64,000 nt of DNA from the human T2T-CHM13v2.0 reference genome, Homo sapiens: assembly GCF_009914755.1 (NCBI RefSeq), contig NC_060943.1; one strand, written 5' to 3'. Positions within the stretch are counted from its first letter, which is position 1. Every line of letters starts with the position of its first letter. The notes below the pieces were generated by a model, which saw nothing but the letters and a program-made list of their open reading frames with translations, did not search any database and was not told the origin of the DNA. Shown here one piece after another: positions 1 through 18,912 of this stretch. Both the position numbers and the translations under genes were made by a program.

Positions 1-760
1 CGCTAAGCAACTGATGTATCAAGTCATCGAATCCTCGCAGGAACTTTATGAGGTAAATGTTATTATCCCCACTTTACAGATGAGAGAAACTGAGGCAGCA
101 AGATGCTGAGTTACACGCCCACTGCCACCCACAGCTGGTAAATCCAAAAGCTGACAATCTGGCTCCCAACGGCCCCCCGTGAGGCCCCTCCGCTGGGCAG
201 ACAACAGAACTGTGTGTGTCCACACCAGTCCTTAAACCACCTTCTGGGACCCCGTCCTCTAGCCAGGTCCCTTTGCCTCTCAGTCCTGAATCAACATTTC
301 CTCCCCTGGTAACTGATGCCACCTACACTCCTCTTTGTCTAACGACCTTTGTCCCTGTCCACTTATTAACTGGACACATTTTTCAGGTCTTAGTGTGAAC
401 ATCACCTCCCTTCATTCACAACCTCCTCCTAGTGCCCTTATGAACCTGCCCCTGGAGACACACTGTGAACACAACCAGTGAAGCACCAGCTTGGGTGGGC
501 TCATATTCTGCCAGGGAAGACAACCAGTCACCAGGGAAAAACACACACACACAAATGAGATCATTTCCAATCAGAAGGAATAAGAAGAAAATAAGACACA
601 TGATATGAGAGCAAGAAGGGCGCACGTTGGAGAAGCTAGTCAGACAGTGGTAAATGCTTTGAAGATAAAACAGGATAATGGTTTTGAATGTGTTGTCCCA
701 TCCAGTAGCCACTGGCTGCGTGTGGCTGTCCAGCCAGTGCAGCTGAGGAATGAATTTTTA

Positions 761-1207
<447 letters not shown>

Positions 1208-1589
1208 TTAAAGACCAGCTTGGGCAACATAGTGAGACCCCCATCTCTATCTAAATAAAAGAGTTTAAGAAAAGCAAACTTAACAAATTGTGCAACTTAG
1301 ATATGTGCGGTTTATTGTAGGTAAATAACGAAGCTGTTTTAAAAAAAAACAAAAACAAACAAACAAACAAAAAAACACAGATACCCAATGCAGTTACTGG
1401 AAATGCAGTTACTAGAAAACTTTTAAGTTTGTTTTGAACAACTTGGGTGTGTAAATCTATTTCAACTGTCATCTTTAGGAATGTGTTTCTCATAGAAATT
1501 TAGCACCTGAATTGAGATGTGCTGTAAATATAAAATACATGCTGAATTTTGAAGATTTAGTACAAAGAAAATCCAAAAAACGTAAAATA

Positions 1590-1954
1590 CAGATGGTCCC
1601 TGACTTGTGATGGTTTGAATTAAGATTTTTCAGTTTTCCGATGATGTGACAGTGATAAACATTCAGTAGAAACCATACTGCCAGTGTCCGTACAACCATT
1701 CCGTTTTTTTAGTTCCAGTACAGTATTTGATAAATTACATGGGATATTTAGCACTTTATTATAAAATGTGCTTTATGTTAGATTATTTTACCCCACTGTA
1801 GGCTAACGTTAAGTGTTTTGACATGTTTAAGGTAGGCTGGGCTCAGCTATGATATTTGGTAGATTAAGAATATTAAATGCATTCTCTCAGTTATAATATT
1901 TTCAATTTATGATGGATTTATCAGGACGTAACCCCATTGCTTGTAGAGCATATG
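1590..1954. mobile_element. Tigger-family (Tigger3/MER7-like) non-autonomous DNA transposon inside older MER3/MER33-like remnant
   Basis: TA-flanked with CAGATG...CATATG terminal remnants; AT-rich internal sequence. Subfamily is from memory. Confidence 0.55.
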
Positions 1955-2981
1955 TATCTTAATATTTTTATGTTGATTACATGTTAAAATAATATTTTAG
2001 ATATAATGGGGTGAGATAAAATATAATTTTGTCTGTTTCTTTTTACTTTTTTATGTAGCTGTGAAAAATTTTAAATTTGTCTATGTGCCTTGCTTCTTTT
2101 TTTTTTTTTTTTTTTGAGACAGGGTTTCCCTCTTTCACCTAGGCTGGAGTACAGTGGTATGATCACAGCTCACTGCAGTCTTGACCTCCTGAACTCAAGG
2201 GATCCTCCCACCTCAGCCTCCTGAGGCTGGTACTACAGGCATGTGCCATCACACCCAGCTAACTTTTCTTTTTTGGTAGAGATGGGGTCTAACTATGTTG
2301 CCAAGGCTGGTCTCGAACTCCTGGGCTCAAGTAATCCTCCCACCGTGGCCTCCCAAAGTGCTAGGACTACAGGTGTGAGCCACTGTGCCAAGCCTGCATT
2401 TCTTTTTTCTTTTTTTGAGACGGAGCCTCCCTCTGTTGCCAGGCTGGAGTGCAGTGGGGTGCGATCTTGCCTCACTGTAACCTCCGCCTCCCAAGTTCAA
2501 GCAATTCTCCTCCCTCAGCCCCCTGAGTAGCTGAGACTACAGGCGCACGCCACCACACCCAGCTAATTTTTAAATTTTTAGTGGAGACGAGGTTTCAACA
2601 TGTTGACCAGGCTGGTCTCAAACTCCTCCTGACCTCAAGTAATCCACCTGCCTCGGCCTCCCAAAGTGCTGGGATTACAGGCATGAGTCACCATGCCTGG
2701 CCCCAGCCTGCATTTCTATTGGACTGGCAGAGATGGGGACTGGGGAACCTGGAGTTGAGCGGGTGGGCATGAGTATTTCACGTAGGATGGCAAGAAAGGC
2801 CCCTTTGAAGAGGTGATACCTCAGCAGAGACCTCAAGGAGGGGAACAAGAAAGCCATGAGGCAATCTGAGGGAACAGTGTTCCAGGAGGAGAGAACAGCA
2901 AATGCAAAGGCCTTGAGGCAGAAATGAAGTTTGAGGGATGAGGGCCTGGCCCTCAGCAGGTGCTCCCCACTCCAGTCTCAC

Positions 2982-3044
2982 CTGTGGCCAGTCAAGAAAT
3001 CCAGCTGTCATCTGCCCTGTCTGGTTACAGTCATCATCGATGGC
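2982..3044 (-). CDS. ETFB: ETFB coding exon 4 ([21 protein letters not shown]); remaining exons lie left of the window
   Basis: 63 nt with AG/GT boundaries; continues GKQ-AIDDD. Confidence 0.97.
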
Positions 3045-3074
3045 CTGAATGGGGAGAGACAGAAGACTGTATGA

Positions 3075-3269
<195 letters not shown>

Positions 3270-5284
3270 TAGGATTACAGGCACCCAACACCACGCCCAG
3301 CTAATTTTTGTATTTTCAGTAGAGACAGGGTTTCAACATGTTGGCCAGGCTGGTCTTGAACTGCTGACCTCAGATGATCCCCCAAAGCTCTGGGATTACA
3401 GGCATGAGTCACCGCAGCCAGTCGGGTTGGCAAACCTTTTCTATGGTGGAACAGATGTAGTAAATATCTCAGGCTCTGCAGGTCATACGGTCTCTGTCAC
3501 GGTGACTCAGCGCTGCTGTTGTAGCACACAGGCAGCCATAAATAATATGTAAATGAATGTATGTGGTGATGTTCCAATAAAGCTTTATTTACAAATCAGA
3601 GGTCGCTCTGGGCCATAGTTCACTGACTTTTGGTCTAGAACGATCCCCTCACTTGGGCCCAGAGATAAGCAGCCACTTGTCCAGGGACATGTGGGGCCAT
3701 CTGGCATCCCTGTCGTCAAGTCTCTGCCCTCTGTATAAAGCCTCTCAGGAGTCCCACCCTATGTGGCCCCTGGGCAGCTGCATGAACAGGGTCTGGGCCA
3801 GCAAGGACATTCTAGCCCCAGCCCAGTGATTGGTTCAGGGAGGGGCACATGACTCAAGCTGCACCAAAGAAGAGTCAGCCCTGGGAGTTTGCTGGGGCCC
3901 TTGGGAAAGATGCTCCTTTCTTTCTGCTGGGGTCACTGGGCTGGTGGGATCTGAGCCTGGAGATACAGACAGTGAAGACAAGGTAGAGGGGAGCCTACAG
4001 CTCATATGTGACCCTGGATCAAGCTGTGCCTGAAGCCCCTGATTTACGTGAGATAATAAATTCGCTTTCTGGCTTAAGCCAGTTTGAGTTGTGAATCTGC
4101 TTCCTAGAACAAACAGCATCCTGACCAGTTCATCCGGCATTTCCCCAGCTGGAGGCCCTGGCCCCAGGAACTGTCCCTGGCCCAGGACAGGTAGGACATC
4201 GGAGTCTGAGAACGACCAGCAAATGCAGGGGGCTGCAAAGGCCATGCTTCCAGCACCTCGGCCTCTGCAGCCCCACCCAGGCCCTGCCTTTTTGGCCTGT
4301 TCTCCGGGTAGGCCCTTCGGCCACAGTTGACTGATCTGTACTCTGATGCCCCTGCTGTTGATAATCTCTCTCTGTTTTCTTCTGACTTTCTCAGGGCTGG
4401 GCAGGACACCCAGTGACCTACCTGGACCCATCAGCCTCCTCTTTGTCCCAGAACTGACCTGGCCCTGGGATCCCCATCTCTCTCCGGGGGCCCCAGCTCT
4501 ACCTGAGCCTGCTGTGCTCTGCTGTCTCCGTGCTCTGCTTGACATACCTTGCAGTCTTTGGCCTTCCTTCTCAGCCTCATCCCTAATTCCCTGCCTCTTC
4601 TCACTCCCGTCTGCCTGTGGCTCTTCTGACGTCCCTCTTCTGCCCCTTCCCTGGTTGAGGCCATGAGGTTTGCCCTCAAATGAGATGAGCTACCCCTGAG
4701 CAGAGGTGGTGCCCGAGGGTCTTCTGGGGGAACAGATGAGCTCCATGTACCCCTATCTCAGTGGGGAGCACCAGTGTGGCAGGGAAGGTTCTGGTCGGGT
4801 CCTCACCCAGCCCTAACCTCCTTCCCTAACTCCTGGCCTCCAATTTCCCATTCCAGTCCATTCTCAAAGCCCAGGGGGGCTCTTTCTGCACCTAGTGCTG
4901 ATCCCACCCCTCTTCTGCTCATAGAACTCCCATAGCTCCCCAGTGCCCTCCAAAATTCTCAAGTCTTTGTTTCAAGCCCAGGCCTGTCTCCTGAACCTGC
5001 ATCGATGTCTCCTGGGCTCTTCACACTCCCCTTGTAGGATCCTCCTCTAACCTCCTGTTCTTCCTGGGTTTCCTACCTGTGTTACCAAGGCAGACCCAGG
5101 CACTGTCCTTGCCTCCTCCCTGCCCTCCCTCCCCATGCTAAGCCCAGTCTCTCCTGCCACATCATGTCTCTGCTCTGTCCTGTCACCTTTGGCTGAGGCC
5201 TCATTCTCCCCCACATGACCATCACCTCGGCCTCCCAGCCTCTAAACTCACCCAAAAGGATCTTTCTTCTTTTTTTCTTTTTGA

Positions 5285-5428
<144 letters not shown>

Positions 5429-5712
5429 TGATACCACACCCGGCTAATTTTTATATTTTTAGAAGAGATGGGGTTTCACCATGTTGGCCACGCTAATCTC
5501 AAACTCTCGACCTCAAGTGATCCACTGGCCTCGGCCTCCCAAAGTGCTGAGATTACAGGCGTAAACCACCGTGCCTGGCCCAAGAGGATCTTTCTAACAC
5601 CCAGAGGGACTCTGTCCTCCCTGCTCAAACTCTCTGTCAGAAGGGTCAGCAAAGTCCCAAGCTGCTCAGCCTGGAGTGGTGAATGCCCTGGGCCTGGCCA
5701 GCTGCTGTCTCA

Positions 5713-6785
<1,073 letters not shown>

Positions 6786-6802
6786 CCCAAGACCTTCATC
6801 AC

Positions 6803-6961
6803 CTGGCACTGTGCAGGCCCACAGCTGACGGCGATGACCTCCTTCACCAGCTTCTTCTCCTTGAGCCGCACAGCCTCCTCCACCGCGATCTCACAGAAGG
6901 GGTTCATGGAGTGCTTCACACCATCCGTGACCACACCGGTCCTGTCAGGCTTCACTCGGAT
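6803..6961 (-). CDS. ETFB: ETFB coding exon 2 ([53 protein letters not shown])
   Basis: 159 nt with AG/GT boundaries, in frame with exon 1; contains the ETF-beta [12 protein letters not shown] motif. Confidence 0.98.
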
Positions 6962-7291
6962 CTGCCCAGCAGGAGGGGAAGGGGTGGGGTCAGGAGGAAA
7001 CAGGCAAGAAGGTGGGGGCCTCAGCGCCAACCCTCTCCCAGGCTGGATGAGGACAACGACAGCCTGGAAAGGGGCAGGGCCTTGTCCGGGGTCACACAGC
7101 TCCAGGGACAGAACTGGGTTAGAGTTTGTAGGCAGGGGCAGGTCACCCTGTCTCCTTCTCTCATCCAGCCATTCCTGGGTACCAGGGACATCTGACTTGA
7201 TCATCCCTACTGTTGTCACTGCTCCTCTCAGGCCTGAAAGAGTGTTTCTCAAATTTACAGTATTTATGGTAACCCACAGTGAGAGGTACAT
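6962..7291 (-). CDS. ETFB: ETFB alternative 5' extension of exon 2 (110-aa N-terminus [14 protein letters not shown]...PAGQ; ~346-aa isoform)
   Basis: ATG at 7291 is open and in frame for 330 nt into exon 2 (ORF 6761..7330). 255-19+110=346 aa, which matches the recalled longer annotated isoform. Confidence 0.6.
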
Positions 7292-7347
7292 TTTACTGTA
7301 TCTCCAAGTGTATATAAATACATAATACACTGATACATAAATACAAA

Positions 7348-8979
7348 TGAGGAGAAGAAAAGGAAAAACCAGTTAGGTAGACAGTTAAGGGTGGTCCTCA
7401 GAGGAGCAGCCTGCCTGAAAAATCACAGCTACAGGCAACAATAGAGCAGCCTGGGGAAAACTCAAGCTGCCCAGCACAGAAGCCTTTTGTTCTTTGCGTG
7501 ACTGACAGGCTCCCAGGAAAAGTTCCCTCCCCTTTTCAGGCACGTACATGGTGGTCTCTGTGGGAACTTGCACGGGGAGGGGCGGAGCTTACCTAAAACA
7601 AACCCACGGTTACAGAAACAAGAGAAGCGGAGCTTTGTGCTTGCCTAAAGACGTACCCACAACTACATAGATAACGGAGAGTTATGCAGATAGCTTTACA
7701 GATAAGATACTCAAACAGCTACAGAGATGAAAGGAGTTTCTTATAAAAGCTTTTGGTGTCTTTTGCTGTGCAGAAGCTCTTTAGTTTAACCATCAGAGTG
7801 AACAGGCAACCTACAGAATGGGAGAAAATTTTTGCAGCCTACTCATCTGACAAATGGCTAATATCCAGAATCTACAATGAACTCAAACAAATGTACAAGA
7901 AAAAAACAAACAACCCCATCAAAAAGTGGGCGAAGGATATGAATAGACACTTCTCAAAAGAAGACATTTATGCAGCCAAAAAACACATGAAAAATGCTCA
8001 TCATCACTGGCCATCAGAGAAATGCAAATCAAAATCACAATGAGATACCGTCTCACACCAGTTAGAACGGCGATCATTAAAAAGTCAGGAAAGAACAGGT
8101 GCTGGAGAGGATGTGGAGAAAAAGGAACACTTTTACACTGTTGGTGGGACTGTAAACTAGTTCAACCATTGTGGAAGTCGGTGTGGTGATTCCTCAGGGA
8201 TCTAGAACTAGAAATACCATTTGACCCAGCCATCCTATTACTGGGTATATACCCAAAGGATTATAAATCATGCTGCTATAAAGACACATGCACACATATG
8301 TTTATTGCGGCACTATTCACAATAGTAAAGACTTGGAACCAACCCAAATGTCCAACAATGATAGACTGGATTAAGAAAATGTGGCACATATACACCATGG
8401 AATACTATGCAGCCATAAACAATGATGAGTTCATGTCCTTTGTAGGGACGTGGATGAAGCTGGAAACCATCATTCTCAGCAAACTATCGCAAGGACAGAA
8501 AACCAAACACCGCATGTTCTCACTCATAGGTGGGAATTGAACAATGAGAACACATGGACACAGGAAGGGGAACATCACACACCGGGGACTGTCGTGGGGT
8601 GGGGGGAGGGGGGAGGGATAGCATTAGGAGATATACCTAATGCTAAAGGACGAGTTACTGGGTGCAGCACACCAACATGGCACATGTAAACACATGTAAC
8701 AAACCTGTACGTTGTGCACATGTATCCTAAAACTTAAAGTATAATAATAAAAAATAAATAAATAAATAATTTTTAAAAAAAAAAGCTTTTGGAATCAACT
8801 GTAAAAATGGCAACCCGCTTGGGCTTCCCTCTCCTCTGTGGAGAGCTTTCTTCTTTTGCTTATTAAACTTTCGCTCCAACCTCACCTTTTGGGTGGTCTA
8901 TGCTCTTTAATTCTCTTGGTTGTGAAACGAGCTCGGATAACACCTTAGACAACGTGACCAGTGACCCTGACCTATTTCA
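7348..8979 (+). mobile_element. ERV1-class solo LTR (MER61-like, tentative) interrupted by an L1
   Basis: TG...CA ends, 4-bp TSD CAAA (7344-7347 / 8980-8983), ATTAAA near 8862. Confidence 0.7.
7757..8780 (+). mobile_element. 5'-truncated L1PA (ORF2 C-terminus + 3'UTR + polyA) with a short 5' inversion
   Basis: L1 ORF2 peptides in ORFs 7753..8043 and 8298..8540, G-rich 3'UTR, A tail; TSD AAAAGCTTTTGG at 7745-7756 and 8781-8792. Confidence 0.93.
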
Positions 8980-9670
8980 CAAATGCCACTGCAGTGTAAG
9001 GGTCAGTGACCAATACTGACCCTGCCTACACACACACCATACTCTGACATTTTCTACCCTTTTTCGGAAAAATGCCAGCCCTCTGCCTGGATGTCATGAT
9101 CACACATGGTCACAACCTAATTTGGAAAACACCAGCATGAAAGACCTCTTTGCTAAACAGACAAGGGAGGTAAGGGAGGTGGGTGGCAAACCCCACCCAT
9201 TTGCTTCTGCACATCATTTTTGTCTCTCCTGGGCCCCACTGTGTGCCTGGCTCTGAGCTGGATCCTGGGGACACCATCATGTGCCAGGGAGAGAGGCTTC
9301 CGGTGTAGACCAGGGTGTAGCGTGAACCACTAACCACTCTCCTATTAGTTTCTCTCGGCTGCCGTAACAAATCACCATATATTTGGTGGCTTAGAATCTT
9401 ACAGCTCTGGAGGCCAGAAGTCCAAAGTCAGTGTCACCAGGGTGAGACCAAGGGGTCTGCAGGCCCCGGGAGGAACACGTTTCTTGCCTCCTCCAGCTTC
9501 TGCTGACACTCCCTGGCTTGTGGCTGCATCGCTTTATCTTCAATGCCAGCATCCTCAGCTCTGTCTTCACGTGGCCTTCTCCTCTCTCTGCGTGTCTAGT
9601 CTCCCTCTGTCTCTCTCTTATAAGGACTCTTGAGATGGCATTCAGGGCCCACCTAAATAATCCAGGATAA

Positions 9671-10075
<405 letters not shown>

Positions 10076-10310
10076 TGAAACCTGGCTGTTTTGGAGGGCT
10101 ATTTTATTTCTTGGCCCACCACAATCCTTTTTCTCTTTCTTTTTTTTTTTTTTTTTTTTTTGAGATGGAGTCTTGCTCTGTTGTCCAGGATGGAGAGCAG
10201 TGGCATGATCTCAGCTCATTGCAACCTCTGCCTCCCCAGTTCAAGCGATTCTCCTGCCTCAGCCTCCTGAGTAGCTGTGATTACAGGTGCCCACCACCAC
10301 GCCCAGCTAA

Positions 10311-10553
<243 letters not shown>

Positions 10554-11022
10554 TGACAGTGGCTCAGACAGCTGTAACAGCAGAGACAGATGCAAGAGGT
10601 TTCTGGAGGTGCAACTGACAGGCCATGGTTCGTGATGGGAAGATGACACCAAAAAGGGGCTTCCAGTCAGTACATCAGCCAGAGCCGGGAAGACGGCGAG
10701 TTTGGTTTGGGGCACAAATTTTTAAAAAGCCTCCAGGGACATCCACAGAAGCCTTGCTAGGGAGCTGCCCCATTTGGCCTGGAGCCTGCCCTCTTCCTCT
10801 TCTCCCATGTGGCCGCCACCCAGGGCTTGGCCAGAGCAGATCTCGGGTGGCAGCTGAGCCTGGTGAGGACACTGGGATGCTCTTGCTATTTCCCTGCCCC
10901 TTTTTCTCTGGGGCTGTGGGTGTAACTGTTCCTCCCACAGGCAGGACAGAATCCGAGATGAGAAGGTGGGACCCATAAGGGGCTTCCCACTCTGGCTGTG
11001 CCTCATGGAGAGGGTAACATTA

Positions 11023-11313
<291 letters not shown>

Positions 11314-11546
11314 TTAGCCGGGCATGGTAGTGCACGCCTGTAATTGCAGCTACTCAGAGGCTGGGGCAGGGAGAATTGCTTGAACCCAGGAGGTGGAGGT
11401 TGTAATGAGCCAAGATTGCGCCACGGCACTCCAGCCTGGGCGACAGAGCAAGACTCCGCCTCAAAACAAACAAACAAACAACAACAACAACAACAAAAAA
11501 AACCCAGCCAGGTATGGTGGCACACACCTGTAGTCCCAGCTACTCA

Positions 11547-11943
<397 letters not shown>

Positions 11944-12922
11944 TAAAGTGATCCGCCTGCTTCAGCCTACCAAAGTGATGGGATTACAGGTGTGAGTCGC
12001 AGTGCCTGGCCTTTTTTCTTAAAAAAAAAAACACAACATAGGAGTTGCCCCTTTAAGACAGAAAAGAACCTCATCCACCCATCAGTAAGAGGCCCCAAGC
12101 TTCTTGCTGTGAGTCAGGGAGGCTTCTGAAGGGCCTCAAGCCACATCTTGCTCTTGCTCTGGCAGAACTCCCAGCCCTAAGCTCCTGATTCCCAGGCTCC
12201 TGACTCCTGAGGAGAAAGGGTAAGAACTTTCCAGACACACACACACACACGCACGCACACACACCTGAGGAAACAAACTAGCTCATCTTCTCAATTAAGC
12301 TTGAGTTAATTTTAAGCTTCAAAAACAGTTTAGTTATATTACATAAGTCAGGAAACAATGGTAGGGCTGAAAAATGATAGCTTGTTTGTTTTTTAAATAA
12401 TGATGGCTCATGCCTGTAATCCCAGCACCTTAGGAGACTGAGGAAGGAGGATCACTGGAGCCCAGGATTTCAAGACCAGCCTGGGCAACATAGAGAGACT
12501 TCATCTCTACCAAAAAACAAAATTAGCAGGTCATGGTGGCGTGCACCTGTAGTCCCAGCTACTGAGGAGGCTGAGGTGGGAGGACGGCTTGAACCCAGGA
12601 GGGTCGAGGCTGCAGCGAGCTGTGACTGTACCACTCTAGCCTGGGTGACAGAGCTAGACCTTGTCTCAAAAAGAAAAAAAAAAAGTTTTATAATTGAGGT
12701 AAATCATTCAGCATTAAGTGCTGGCTTTCTCTTAAAGAGACGACATATCCACCAATATCAAAAACAGCCTCAAAGCTGGGCGTGGCGGCTCACACCTGTA
12801 ATCCCAGCACTTTGTGGGGCTGAGGTGGGTGGATCACTTGTGGTCAGGAGTTCGAGACCAGCCTGGCCAACATGGTAAAACCCCATCTCTACTAAAAATA
12901 CAAAAATTAGTCGAGCGTTTTA

Positions 12923-13177
<255 letters not shown>

Positions 13178-13346
13178 TTACTGCCATTACCTCTCATTTT
13201 ACAGATGAGGCAACTGAGGCACAGAGAGGCCAAGTACCTTGGCCAGGGTCACTGAGCATGGAAGTGGCAGGACCACGGGTCTAACCCCAAATCTGTCTTG
13301 GGAACTGTGAGACTCTGAAAGAGGCTACGTGTGCCCACGGTGTTAG

Positions 13347-13640
<294 letters not shown>

Positions 13641-14306
13641 TAGCCAGGATGGTCTCAATCTCCTAACCTTGTGATCCACCCGCCTCAGCCTCCCAAAGTG
13701 CTGAGATTACACGTGTGGGCCACCGCGCCCGGCCCACGCCTGGCTAATTTTTTTATTTTTAGTAGAGATGGGGTTTCGTCATGTTGGCCAGGCTGGTCTC
13801 GAACTCCTGACCTCAGGTGATCCGCCCACCTCGGCCTCCCAAAATGCTGGAATTACAGGTGTGAGCCACCACGCCCGGCCCAAGAGGGATTTTATAAAGT
13901 GATTTTCGACAGCTCTTCCTGAACCCCTGACACAGCTCAAGGACTTGTGTGGTTCTGTCCTCTAGGCTTTTCTGTCAAGCGAGTCCCTGGGCACGCGCTA
14001 GGGCACTCAGCAAGCAGGACAGCCAAGGCCAGGGAGCCACCCCAGTGACAGATCACTAACTCGGCGGGGGGCAGACAGAGAACTCGTCCCTGAGGTGACA
14101 TGTGAGCCCCACGTGTGCCCTGTCAGACAAGGTGGCCTTGCTGAGAGCAGGAGGGGCAAGTGCGTGGAGCCCAAAGAGGAAAACCTGAAGAAACACCAGG
14201 CGCTCCCAGACGAGAGGGTGTGGCTGGTCGGGGTTGGGCCCCGAGATGGAAACACGTTTTCTGGGCCTGGAGTTTCTATCCTGTGGGGTCATCTCTAAGA
14301 AAATGA

Positions 14307-14572
<266 letters not shown>

Positions 14573-14804
14573 TGAACTCCTGACCTCGTGATCCACCCAC
14601 CTCAGCCTCCCAAAGTGTGTGTTTACAGGCGTGAGCCACCAGGCCCAGCCTTTCTCCTGGGGTCTTGAAAGAGGCCCTGAAGGTTAAGCTTCATCAGCTT
14701 CCTGTAAAATGTGCCCCTGAACAGGACAGGGTGTTACTGAGTTGCCAAATACCTATTAAAATGTTAGATACACGCACATACCCAGAAACATACACACAGC
14801 CGGA

Positions 14805-14847
<43 letters not shown>

Positions 14848-15945
14848 ATACACTCTGAGCACAGCATTTGTTATGTTTTGAATAAATGACTAACTAAACA
14901 TCCATTACTACTACTCCCAATAAAAACACTTATTGCAGCTGGTCACAGTGGCTCACACCTGTAATCCCAGCACGTTGGGAGGCTGAGGCGGGTGGATTAC
15001 CTGAGGTCAGGAGGTCTAGACCAGCCTGGCTAACATAGCAAAACCTCGTTTCTACTAAAAATACAAAAATTAGCCAGGCGTGGTGGCTCACACGTGTAAT
15101 CCCAGCTACTCAGGAGGCTGAGGCAGAGTTGCTTGAACCTGGGAAGTGGAGGTTCCAGTGAGCTGAGATCATGCCACTGCACTCCAGCCTGGGCAACAGA
15201 GATAGACTCCGTCTCAAAAAATAAAACAAAACAAACCACTGTGTGCCAGGCACTGTTCCAAGGGCTTATTTAATTTTCATTACAACTCAATAAAGTAGAT
15301 AGTACCATCATCCCCATTGTACAGAGTAGAAAAATGAGGCTTAGAGTGGTGAAGCAATTTCCTCAAGGTCACACAGCAGGAAGTGGACGCAGGCGCTGGG
15401 CTTGGAGTCTGAGGTCTGCACTATTCTAGTAGTGCACCCACTGTCTCAGGAAGCAGTGACCACATCAAACTGTCTCCCCCACACCTGGAGCTCAAATTCC
15501 AGAAGGGGCGACAGACACCAGAGCAATCAATAAGTAAACAACACTGTGGATTACAAAGTGTCCACACCAGCTTCCCTCTGGGGACAAGCTGGGCTCTCAG
15601 AGGGTGCCCCTGCTCCCACCTCTTTCATGGAGAATGTGAGTCACTCCCTCCACTCAGTTAGGTTGGCTCCTTGAACTTTCATCTCTAGCAAACATACTTT
15701 CCTCTTCCTTCCTAGTTGCTAAGTATAGGGGAAAACACAGCAAAACACAGGGACCTGGGGCCTGTGATTTTAAGGAGGCAAGCAGGGAAGTCCTCCCAGA
15801 GAAGGTGATGTTTGAAAAGGAGGTGAAAGAGGTCAGGGAGTGAGCACGTGATTCTGGGAACAGAGGTGGATCAGACATGGCCCCTCTCTGCAGGGAGCTA
15901 CCAGCCTGGGGATGATGGAGTAGGGCAGTGGGGAACATGGGGTAA

Positions 15946-16405
<460 letters not shown>

Positions 16406-17614
16406 TGATATAATCCATGAGTTGGAGATGGGCAGGACAAAGGACAGAAAGCAGAGGTAGGAGGGTGGTGCTGGAAGAAGGCATGGAACGGGCGAGCCGC
16501 GGCCTGGTCTGTCAGGACAGGAGGAGCAGGTCACAGTGGCAGAAGCACAAAGGGTATGGGAGGGTCCAAGGAGGGAAGTGGACGGCTGAAGCAGACCATG
16601 AAGAGGAGGCTGGACCACAAAGCATCCCAAATGCCAGGCAGAGGGGCTGCGACTCTGTCCTGAGGGTGCTGGGGAGCCACAGGCAGGCTGGGAGCAGGGG
16701 AGAGCAGGGTGAGCTCTGGGTGCAGAAACGCCCCTAAGGCTGGGTAGAGGTGGGCTGAGAGGGAGAGACTGGGAGTGAGGGAGGACCCGGGTGAGGGTCC
16801 AGGTGAGACAATGACACCAAGAGACAATAGGGCAAGAAGGGTGGGGGGTGGAGAACTGACAGCTTTGGGAGAAGGGAAAGAGGGTGGGACAGTACCCAGG
16901 TCTAATCTGGTGTTTAGGAAGCTGGCAGGGTCTGAATCATTTATTTGTTCTGAAAAGGACATCAACAGACACATCCAGTGAGACAGGATGTAATGCAGGG
17001 AGCCCTGGGGCACTGCGGGAGGGGAAGGCAGCACCCTCTGGAAAGGACAGTAGCTGATTCAACGCGGCCTTCACGCTTCCCCTCTGTTCTCTCCCTGAGC
17101 ACACCAGAGACATCCATGTGCCAGGCTCTGTGCTGAGTGATGCTGGGACCAGAGCTGAGTCAAACGTGGGCCTGCACCATGGGGGAGACGGATCCAATCC
17201 CAGACATGCCAGGCGGGGAAGGCCAGGGCTGGGATGGAGAGAAGAGGCCCAGGGAGCTGTAGGACTCCAAAGATGTGACAGTAACGAACAGTCAGAGCAG
17301 GGAGGAAACCAAGTGTTGGGTCCCAGGACCCCAAGAGGAATGTGTCTCAAAAGGGCTACAGGTGACATCCCTGTCATGTGCTGCCAGAGGCATCATTAGG
17401 ACAGGGGGCATTGAGGGAGATAGGAGAGCAGAGTCTAGAGCCAGACTTGCCCGGGGTTTCGATCGTAACTCTGCCACTTACTGGCTGGGAGATCTGACTG
17501 GCCTCAGTTTCCTCATCTATCCAATGGAATTAATAATACAAAGGGTCGGCCAGGCACGGTGGCTCACACCTGTAATCCCAGCACTTTGGGGGGCCGAGGC
17601 AGGCAGGTGGATCA

Positions 17615-18035
<421 letters not shown>

Positions 18036-18912
18036 TCAGTGTCAACTTTGTGACCCTGGTTTTGCCCACCCTGAGGCCTCCAGGGTGCCAGGCCCTGCGC
18101 TAGGTAATGCTGTGGACACGGAGGTAAGTCCCCAGGCTGATGGGAAGGACAGACATGGACAGACAGTCACCATCTTCAGTCCAGTTCAGGCCAAGCATTG
18201 AGAGAAACGGGCCTGAGAGACCGTGTCTGATTCACCTCTGTCCACACCAGCTTCCCTCTGGGGACAACAAGCCAGGCGCTCAGAGAGCACCCTCCCCCAC
18301 CTCTTTCATGGAGAATGTGAGCTACCCCCAGCTCAGTCAGGTTGGCTCCTTGAACTTTCATCTCTAGCAAACACACTTCTCTCTCCCTAGCTAGAGCCTC
18401 CTGGCTCACCCTGTGGCTATGGAGGGTGGAAAGCAGCTTCTGGGGCCCCACAGGACCCTGTCTGACTCCCTCTATAGCACATTTCGGGTAATATAAGAGT
18501 ACAATGGTAAGTAATGCAGCCTAGTGGGTGAAAGCAGTCAGAGGAACCTGGATAGAACTCTCGGCTCTGCCCTTCTCTAGCTGGGTGACCTCTCTGTGCC
18601 TCAGTTTCTCCGTGCATTAAACAGGGACCGTGACTTCTTCCAGTGGGTAAGAAATAGAGAAAGCAACTCACTCTGAACAGTTATCAAGAGAGTGAATCCA
18701 GAACGAGGGAAAAGAGAACATGGCCGTGACCCCGAAGGGATCGGATGTTAGAACTTCACTCTTGGATTTTTGCCCTCAGGTGACTTTGACGTTTGGGGGT
18801 TAAAGCGGCAGAGGTCGGGGGTTACGAGAAGACCCCCACCCAGTGTGCGCTCGTGGCCCCGGAAGCACACGGCTGCGGGACTCAGGGATGTGGGAGAGGG
18901 GGGCCCGATCAC

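Noticed and set aside
3835-4666. 236-aa and overlapping ORFs in ETFB intron 3
   Set aside because: Partly MLT1-like LTR sequence, with no recognisable domain or splice context.
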